From the NCBI RefSeq assembly GCF_964355755.1, contig NC_092670.1, forward strand, positions 2,966,201-3,030,200: a stretch of 64,000 nt of DNA, given 5' to 3'. This DNA comes from Antedon mediterranea. Lineage: Eukaryota; Animalia; Echinodermata. Below, one piece after another: positions 25,101 through 33,329 of the stretch (position 1 is its first letter; each line of letters starts with the position of its first letter). Position numbers and translations under genes: made by a program. Below the pieces are notes generated by a model. It saw only the letters and a program-made list of their open reading frames with translations. It searched no databases and was not told the DNA's origin.

Positions 25101-25617
25101 TACTGGTTTTGGTTATATATGGTTACAACAATATGTTAATAGTAAAGGTTTATTTTTGAGAGAATTTAAGTTGCGCTTATGTGATATTGAAAAACAAAAA
25201 TGCATTCAAAAATTTAGTTTACATAATAAGTTAAGGCTCTTTTCTCTTTATAAAAAAGAAATATGTTTAAGTTATCACTTGACCAACATCATTAATTTTA
25301 AACAAAGAAGATTATTAACTAAGTTACGTTTAGGGATATTAGAGCTAGAAATTGAAAAGGGCAGATGGGAGGGTGTAGAAAGATATAAGAGAACGTGTAA
25401 ATTATGTAAAAAGAACATTGTTGAGGATGAATATCATTTTATTTTGCAATGCACATTTTACAATGATTTAAGAAAAAGTTTTATTCCAAGATTTATTCGT
25501 GTTTTTCCTTCTATTAATAAGCTTTGTTTATTACTTTCCAACACAAATTTTACTTATAATTTAGGAAAATACGTCTACTTTGCTTTTGAAAGAAGAAACC
25601 ATTATCTTAAGTTATAG
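22186..25617 (+). CDS. LINE ORF2: APE endonuclease, reverse transcriptase, C-terminal zinc finger; no in-frame ATG before the EN domain
   Basis: SWNING, SETW, GDFNGR, SDH; KAPGIDG, QAGFR, QGSPLS, YADD, YLG; CKLC..HF..C. Open from 22186, immediately after the ORF1 TAG. Confidence 0.95.
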   Translation, partial: GFGRGPNEEQSEPSLKVTKHIDCISWNINGINNKFADSDFIEYVNKFDIICFSETWDKYRNDYNIKGFTCISKLPDKTSRHGRNSGGVMVYYKLNLVVEELPSASNNIIWLRITLSPTDTVVIGFLYRPPSTSSYATTDFFDILSNEYLHYSSQISDIVYVVGDFNGRTGSEDDYISADENDTWNNNLFLEDNIRIESRTNSDCILNCYGKDILEFCKETGMRITNGRIDKESSSGFTFISSQGKSVCDYLLTNSNNFKLISYLRIDDRVESDHMPIAFSIQFKDKEHTKMIVNEDDTFTQSTFKWSNSYINASKVRWEHDIIETIDNDFMNAISQNKIDEAVSHLCKIFEYVCKGIKYTQTSKSSTSTKRNEWFDKDCKNLKMQVKQSLKRFRIMRTQPFLNNYIQIKKQYKSLLKCKKNNFHKRIRKQIIDSLNTKDSKTFWMKLKTKQKLSCELSINQCYIHFKNLFKNDESIGSDELPKITECQQNEDDDYLDHDITLDEIKKAFNSQNSGKAPGIDGMNFEFLLNAPNIIFDILKILFNAIFLVEKFPKQWATSLIVPIFKNGDKNKPENYRGISLIPILGKIFLNILNSRLTQFTNSKKLIHEEQAGFRKGYRTTDNIFILDTLISKYLDKKRGRIFVCFVDLKRAFDSINHTLLLHKLKCIGVSGRMLHIINSLYQNLSAHVKIGNKLSPSFNCSIGVQQGSPLSSLLFNIYINDLSGILNQVNDFIQIGDCHMNHLLYADDLVLVSDTVKGLQKLINKLELYCDTWKLTVNTTQSKIMVFKNGRNLRNIEKWKYKNIQLKIVNSYNYLGVIFSSNGAWNNSMQHNQQKANQSLFCLKSFIYRNLSFLPINTWNHIFDVKILPILTYGSEIWGMSDSTNIIEKTRTKFCRYLLQVGKNAPNAAVTSELGRLPLSVDCLVTVIRFWLHIITLDHDRFIFKCYEFQLRKVNRNENCWAQQVKHLLFSTGFGYIWLQQYVNSKGLFLREFKLRLCDIEKQKCIQKFSLHNKLRLFSLYKKEICLSYHLTNIINFKQRRLLTKLRLGILELEIEKGRWEGVERYKRTCKLCKKNIVEDEYHFILQCTFYNDLRKSFIPRFIRVFPSINKLCLLLSNTNFTYNLGKYVYFAFERRNHYLKL

Positions 25618-28338
25618 TTAATTTTTATTTGTTTGTATTAGGGCCAAAGGCCAATATATTTTGAACCAATAAATTCCCTGAAAAGGGAAAGAAGGATAAA
25701 CAAGTATTGTTTTTAAGCTGTAGTATATCTTAGAATTTGTAAGCTTAGGTCTTGGGTCTTAGCTTTCGTGATCTTAGGTCTTAGGGGGTCTTAGCTTTCG
25801 TGGTCTTAGGTTTCGTGACACCTGTTTATCCCTAGCAGTTCTAAACCAAACTAACATAAGCTGGTCGATGTCCGAAAACTTAGTTTAGATCACTCTGAAT
25901 TTTTTACCTTTGCTGACTTCCTTCTTGCTCCGATATTTATCGTTAGCTTTCACAATGTCATAGATCGTTGATTTTCCAAGCCCATACTTTTTCGTTGCTT
26001 CCATTACTTTCATTCCACCAGCTTCTACATCTGCTATCAATCTAATTTTCGTAGTTAAGTCAAGTTCATTCCGTTTACCTTTTGCTGATGATTTCCAAAT
26101 TTATAATGATGCACATTTTTAGTTAAACTTTTAAAGTCTTATTGCAATTGTGAATTTAACAATAATTTAAACAAAACAAAGACACAAAGTGAAATGTAAA
26201 TTGAACTTTATTAAAAACAATTCATATGCTAAAAACCAGGGAGTTGTTAACAACTCCCTGCTAAAAACAATACTGACATTAAGACATAGCGCTTCGATGT
26301 GAAAAAGCCCACCGCAGTTCGAAACGCAACAAAGCAATTGCCGCCTCGTGGGTTAACAATGAACTGACCTGTCAATCACAGTGTAGCGTTCCATGGCAAC
26401 ATTATTTGATCGTACCGCGAAACGTCGCGCACTTCATGCATGGTCAGGGTGTGGTTAAAAGCTTTTGTACGTTGTGAATGTATTGAATCTGAATCAGCTT
26501 TGACGTTGTTATTTCGTAAATATTTGGAGTTTTTTAACTGCCAGTCCGGTTTTCAGAAGCTAATATTTCGTGTTTTGGACTTCATAATTTGTCCGGATTC
26601 CGGAATTGGGTATTCCGGTTTTCATAATAAATTACAGTACATTTAGAATAGTGACAAATTGGGCCCTCCAAAAAAGTCCGGTTTTCCGTGAATTCCGGTT
26701 TTGGGAGAGTCCGGTATTGGGAGAGTTGACTGTACTTGATATTTTTTACAATACATGATTTGCAAATAGAAAAATAAATAAACAAAAGACTGTTCCCATA
26801 GCTACCATGGCAAACTTGGCTGAAGAGTTTCATTGGTAGGAAAACAGTAACAAGTGACGATTTACCAATTTAATTTAATACTATTACATTTTAACATGTG
26901 TTTCTCATTTCTATTTCATTTGTGGTAAGATTCAATTTCTTTAAATTTATTTTGCATGCTATACTATAGTACCCTAATATTAAGTTAAGCAACCTTGAGT
27001 ACAGCAGGGTGGGGGACTACCCTTGTTGGGAAAATCGAGTACTTTTTGTCAAGGAATATAATAATTATACAGTATATTAAGAATCTTTTAAGTTTAAGAC
27101 TCCATGAACATACTGTCACATAGGGTCCTAAACACCAAACAGAACCAACTAGATATGAACTCGTCACTACTGACGAGTTAGGTTATCTGCAGCGCAAACA
27201 CCACGTGCACGTCATACATTAGAATATTGCGCACCAAAAAATGCCATTGAAAAAATGTTAGTGTGCTCTCTATTTTGTGTCACTTCTACAGTATACACTA
27301 TATATTGTATACTTACTACATACAGTGCAGAATAGGTGAAAATAAGGGACCAAAGTTATTGACGCTTTTGCACATATGATAAAAAAAAAATTCTAAAAAT
27401 GGTCAATCATGCGAAAGATAATTGATTGACCTAGACAATATAAAAAAAATGCTGGGAAATGGAATACGGATAAGTAATTTGGTTTGTTCCAGCAGTCTAG
27501 TAACGCATGCCATCAGACCTTGTGCAATGTGTTTAAAAGTGGGTTTTTTAGATTTTTTAGTTAGAACTGAACATGTAAGTCGTTGGTCGTTTTTGTACCT
27601 GATTTTGAATTCCATTTTCTATAGGATGGTAAATAAGCTCTTTCTTATATTTTATTACATAACTACGATAAAGAACTTTAAAGGTCACTTCATTTTTAAA
27701 ATTGAAAGAATAGATTTGCACGCAGTATTTTATTTATACGTATAATGAAAAAAGTTGCCTCCCCTAAATTTGATGAAGACAACTTCAAATTATGCTAGAA
27801 ACTCTGCTGCGGGGACTTTAGCCCTGACTTTAGCCCTGACTTTAGATCCTGACACCACCGCTGCTTAGGTACATAGTACATGTCTTAAGTTCCTTTTCTA
27901 GACTATGGGAGCAAATACCAAAGGACATAAAAGATTCACAAACAATTTCAATATTTAAGGCTGCTCTAACAAAACACTATATTTCATGTTATGTATAGTT
28001 TATTTGTGTTTTTCTTGTATATGGTTTTATCTTAACTGTTTGTATTGTATGGAGTGAGAATCTCATTCCTGGTTATTTTTACATTGATGACCGAATAAAT
28101 ATTATTATTATTATTATTATTCTGTCCCAGCAGTCAATGTCCTTTTAAGCAGTCGTGATTCTAACATTATTTTTATTCCTTTAAATGTGATAAATGCAAA
28201 AGAAACCCTACAGTATGTGGGTATTCCATAAATTATTTTTACTACAAGGTACAAAGAGTGTATAAGGCCTACAAAATATGTTAATTCTTTGTTTACTTTA
28301 AATGTGTTTTAGTGTAAAAATTGATTGAATATACTAAC

Positions 28339-28600
28339 CTGCTGTTCCATTGTATCCACTGATCGTCAAAGCATAATTAGAGTCCTCAGTATCAATACGA
28401 AAGTGAGAATATCTTGCAAACTTCATTACATTCAAGTGGTCTGTCATCTCTACTAATAGCTCATAATCCCCATCAGATGTTATGCCGTTGATCTGTTCAT
28501 TACCAAGCCAGAACGCTGAGTTCACGTTTCCAAAACCCTCTTTGTATTCTGCCCAATTACGGTAGAAATCAACTGATCCATCCTCTCTTCTCTGTATCAC
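28339..28600 (-). CDS. FReD gene copy 1, internal exon
   Basis: cag|VIQRREDGSVDFYRNWAEYKEGFG..FWLGNE..YALTISGYNGTAG|gttag; phase 1 joins 11026. Confidence 0.9.
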
Positions 28601-30329
28601 CTGATAATGAAAGGATAGTAATCTATACTCTATTTTCTAAAACACTGATTTCAAGTTCATCAACTGGAGTAAATAGAAATAAATGAATTAAGAACCTGAA
28701 TATTAATATTACTATGCAGTGGCGGATCTAGGATCTGACAAGCGGGGGTGGCCACGAAAGTGGCAAATGAGGTGCGTAGCACCGAGCGGGGGTGGGTTTG
28801 GGAGGAGGTGTCCCCTTCCCGAGCTTCAGAACATTTTTGAAAAAATCGATGCTTACTACACACTGTTTAATAGGCTAGAACAACTGTTCCCATCACATTT
28901 AATAACAAATGTTACATAATGTAAATTTAAATAAATTCTAAATATTGTACGGATCTTTTTCGACGAACTAATAATAAACTTTGATCGAAAAACACTTCGA
29001 AATGAAGATTGGTAATGCGGTACTCCGAAAATGCCTCAATAGTGCATGTGTTGTGTACTGTTTTTTAGTAGTCTGTTAACCTCAGTTGTGGGTATTTTCC
29101 GAAGATTTTAAATCGCGTTTTCTTTTTAAACTCTTGACTTCATAAATAGTAATTAAACTCTTAGCTCTTTCACTATGTATGCCTATTTACACAACTAATG
29201 CTAACCCTAACTCTAGGCCTACTCTTCTTAATAAAAAAAAAGTGTCAGGTCCGTCGATTCCACGTCCAGCGACGGTCATGGGTGGTTGGTTGCATCTTTT
29301 TTTATTTTTTTTTTAGAATTAAGGGGGGTGGCTAACGTAGAAGAATCATTAATTTCTGTTGAACAAAATGATAAATCTAAAGTTATGTTTTTAATAAAGC
29401 CAAATATTATTGCAATAAGCTATTTATCCATATGCAAGTTTTAAACATGCCTAACAACTGTTCGCTTAACTATGTTGTGCAAATGAGTAGAATGTTGACG
29501 TCATTCGTTAAAGTTTACATGCTTGTGCGAAAGCTCCCTATTTCATTCATGCCAACATCTGAAGTTAAAAAAACGGGAGTACCATAGTTTTTTTTAGGTC
29601 AACATCGCCCTCTATCTATTTTTGAGACGTAAGGAATACAGGATCTGATGTCATATGAAATACGGAATCCCCTTTCCGTTCATAAAAAAAAACAAGAAAT
29701 TATGACCGAGATGGTCGTACAATGGCTTAAATATCGTAAATTTTCTTGTGTGTGCGCCTTTTAGTTGTATTTTAATGCAAAAAAGAACATGCATCAAAAT
29801 TCAGTTATCTTTGTAATCCGGGAGAAAATGTGGAAAGGGAGACGAGTATAGTGTGTGTAGAGTGTTGGCATGTATGCTATTATATCAGCCTGTAAATTCC
29901 TTGTACTTCTGGCACGGATTCTATCTCAAATCATGCCATCGTTCTCTATATTCAGGGTTTTGCTGGTGTCTCTATGGCTGACAGTAACGTATTGTGATGT
30001 GTGTTTTAGTAATGAATTAGTAAGCTGTGGCAATAGAGAGTTTTCGCAACCTTACGAATACGATAATGAAAACGGATAAATCACACATTTGTGAAACTTT
30101 AGAGCTGATCCCCATTTCATATTCGTAAAGCGTTTTCGTGTTGACGAATATCACCAGTCATATTCGTAACTACAAAACGAGTATAGTTTTTAATCTATTT
30201 TGCACATTTTGCATTTGAATCAGGAATAATTCATGATTATAATATAATTATACTTTTATTGAAAGTAATTTACTAAAATGCCAGGTCAATTTTGATAAAT
30301 AGCAGTTTTTAAAGTCCTCACTCGCTTTG

Positions 30330-30410
30330 ATCTTAGGTCTTGGGTCTTAGCTTTCGTGATCTTAGGTCTTAGGGGGTCTTAGCTTTCGTGGTCTTAGGTT
30401 TCGTGACACC
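30330..30410. mobile_element. Isolated terminal repeat of the foldback MITE family
   Basis: tcttaggtcttgggtcttagctttcgtg...cgtgacacc, matching about 25744-25822. Confidence 0.85.
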
Positions 30411-30447
30411 AATAGGCCTAGAGGCCCCGAGCAAGTACTAGGCCTAG

Positions 30448-33182
30448 TGTGATGAATTGAGTATAGAGGGCGCTGCGTAGTCATTCTGTAATTGGAATAC
30501 AGGTGACACTGTGTGATAAAAGACCGTGCGTAAGCAGAGCGGGTCTTTTGTTCGTTTTGTTGGCTCTCGCTATGTTACTACAGTTTTGGTTGAGAGTTTG
30601 TTTAAGCTATTGATATGTTCTTATTTTGTAAGTACTAAGCTTAACTTATATATATAAGCAACTGATTTACCATATGTTAACTATAATCATGCTTACGATT
30701 AATGAAACTTGCATTTACAATATTTATCTTAGTTTTGCTCAGTCGGAAGTATAATAATCAGGAGTTGTTATCTTGTTATCACGAGTTGATGCTGTGTCAT
30801 ACATACGTTGGTGTTGATAACTTGAGGTACTATTATATTGTGATTGTTCGTTGTTGTATTAGTGTTGTGAATTATTACATTATTACTTATTGTTATAATT
30901 GACTGTTAGATACAGTGGCAATTGTTATTTGTTATTCGTATTTTGCAGGGCTTGAATCTTATATCTTGAATCTCGAATTCTTGTACCTGAAATGACTTAT
31001 GCCTATGTAATGATTTGATGTTGAAGTACAATATATATGAAACTAATAAAATCGCACTGAAGGAAAGAAACCAAGTGTTTTCTCCTCTTTATTTGTTCGG
31101 ACCACGACAAACTTGGCGCTGCGAGCAGGGTACCAAGCATCAAGCATCAAGATCGAAGAGGACCAGTTACCGGAATCTAGGCTCTCAAGTTATGAATGGA
31201 GATAAGAAGATAAGAACATTGATACTTATATATGAATGTGTTGATTATAATTTTGATACTTATGAATGTGTTGATTATAATTTAACATTTGGGAAGTTGA
31301 CCATATAATTTAAATTGATAATTCTAATAATTGGTGTGACATGTGTGACATACAATACTCTTGCTTGGAATTATAATCATTGAAAAGTGTGGATCTGTTA
31401 AAATATATTGTTGATATGTTATCTGTGATCAATTGTTTATATAGTACCTTATAGATTGGTTTATGAATGATCGTTGTTCGTATATTCTCGATTTAAACTC
31501 GTTATATCATCTGTGTATATTAATATGGCGAAAGCTGAGAAACCCGATACTGAGACAGGAATTAATAGTATGATTGCTGCGCTTACTGATGTGTTGAAAG
31601 GTGTGGGTGTTCAAAAAGTTCCTCCTCCTATTAAGTTGGCTAAATTTAGGGGTCGTCCAAAATCCCCTGGGGATGTCACGTTGCGGGAATGGCTCGAAGA
31701 TTTTGAGACATATTGTACACATTATAATCTAGGTGGGGACGTAAAATATGATGCCCTAGTAAGTCACTTGGGGGGATCGGCTAAAGACGAAGTACATTAC
31801 CAAATGTCCATATTGGGTAAAGGCAAAAATGTTAAAAAGGCCATTCAAGTGTTACAGACTACCTTTTCTCCAGATGAATCCGTATCGGCTTTAAATACTT
31901 TGTTTTATTCTCGTAATCAGTTGGATTATGAAAGTGTGGCCGAATATAGTTTAGAGTTAATGAAAATTTATTCGCGATTATTGGAAGCTTCTTTCCCCAA
32001 TGAACAGAATGCTCTCAAACATTTACAGGACTCCACACTCAAACAGAGATTGGTAGAAGGGGTACGGTATCCACTCGTTAGGCGTGAAATGCGCAGAATT
32101 GAATTGGCGTCTAGGGGTAAATCCTTTATGGAAATGAGGGAGGAAGTTCTTGAATTGTTTAAAGGCGAGACATCACGGGGTTATAGACCGAAAGTTCAGG
32201 GTGTAGATTTTCCAACAAATTCTTATTCAAACCAATCTGAAAATTGTGAAATTAAAAAGGAGTTAAAGGTTCTTAAACAACAGCTAGATCAACTTCAACA
32301 GAGTTTATGTAAGTTTTCCCAAAATACTACTAATAATTCTTTTAATAGAAGTGGGCCCCGTCGTTGTTTTAATTGGTCATAATAGAGATAATTGTGAAAT
32401 GCCTCCAGGTCTCTGCTGGGAATGTAAAAAGGTCGGCCACTTTGCTGTAAAATGTCCAAGTAGAGTTAGGAAGTCAAAGCCCGAACCATCTACAGATAAT
32501 CATAATCTAGGTTCTGTTCAAATCCCGGTTGTTTCTGTGGAAGATAAAATTATTCCCCCTAATGATTTACGAGAGCCCTCGGAATCCTCTTTGCTTAGCC
32601 GTTTAGTTGCCCAAAGCCCTTGTGCTGTTATAAAGTTTGGTTCAGTTGAATTGGGTTCAGTTCTTGACACAGGAGCGGAAGCATCTATCATTCCTTCTTC
32701 AATTTATCACAGAATTCTAAAATCTGAGCTGGGTGGTTTACACAGTGCAGACAAGTTATTTACCAATGTGATTGGCGTCTGTGGTGTTGAAGTTCCGATT
32801 GAGGGCTATGTTGAAGTTCCAATTGAAATATTAGGGCACAATTTGTTGGGTAGTTTTCTCATTGTTTCTGATAGTGCATGTAATAACAATGTTTCTTATC
32901 CAATTTTGACAGGATGTAATATTTTACGTTATATTCAAGATGATCCGAGAATTTTGGAAACCTTGGGTAAGGTAGTTGGTGCGAAAACAGCTTTGCCTTG
33001 TACTGGTAGGGCTGAGGTAGTCTTGAGAGTTAATGATGAGCAATCCCAAATTTTTGTTTCTTTAAAGCACTTTAATACAGCTGTTCCAGTGGCTTGTGAT
33101 ACAATATATATGAAACTAATAAAATCGCACTGAAGGAAAGAAACCAAGTGTTTTCTCCTCTTTATTTGTTCGGACCACGACA
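30448..33182 (+). mobile_element. Internally deleted Ty3/Gypsy LTR retrotransposon
   Basis: 4-bp TSD CTAG; 5' LTR 30448-31109 (TG..CA); PBS TGGCGCTGCGAGCAGG at about 31114; gag and protease; only the last ~83 bp of the 3' LTR remain (33100-33182); RT/RH/IN absent. Confidence 0.9.
31525..33100 (+). pseudogene. gag-protease of the Gypsy element, frameshifted in the first zinc knuckle and truncated
   Basis: KLAKFRG..EWLEDFE capsid-like region, CWECKKVGHFAVKC, protease LDTGAEAS. Confidence 0.85.
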
Positions 33183-33329
33183 CTAGTCTAGTAGGCTGGT
33201 GTCAATATTTAGTACGCAGTGGCTGCATCATTCTAGCTAGGCCTATGCCTATAGTCGTAGATCCAAGCTAGATTCTATATCTACGCCTATTAACCCGATC
33301 GGTGCAAAAGGCACTCTTTTTCGGGCCTC

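Larger units (their letters stand above)
20807..25693 (+). mobile_element. Full-length, intact non-LTR retrotransposon (RTEX-like)
   Basis: Two open ORFs, a duplicated 5' UTR, 3' hairpins plus AATAAA; flanked by a 104-bp direct repeat (20703-20806 and 25694-25797). RTEX assignment is from YGSEIWG, ELGRLPL and the C-terminal CxxC..EDEYHF..C motifs. Confidence 0.9.
19752..25822. mobile_element. Foldback/MULE-like MITE (about 1.08 kb) splitting the pogo transposase, itself interrupted by a LINE
   Basis: GGGTGTCACGAAA...TTTCGTGACACC termini with internal tandem CTAAGA units; 10-11-bp TSD (T)GTTTATCCCT; uninterrupted sister copy at 62379-63458. Confidence 0.9.
15412..26732 (-). mobile_element. 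pogo/Tigger DNA transposon, disrupted by nested insertions
   Basis: TA|CAGTCAACTCTCCC...GGGAGAGTTGACTG|TA. Transposase pieces: psq-HTH at about 25824-26095, CENP-B HTH and FNCDETGLF at 19467-19751, DDE_1 (LDNASSH, FLPPNTTSVLQPLDQGII) at 18148-19057. Intron 19058-19381; stops and a frameshift. Confidence 0.92.

Noticed and set aside
32351-32382. Programmed gag/pro frameshift
   Set aside because: The shift falls inside a zinc knuckle that has lost its second Cys (CFN..GHNRDNC), which indicates a deletion.
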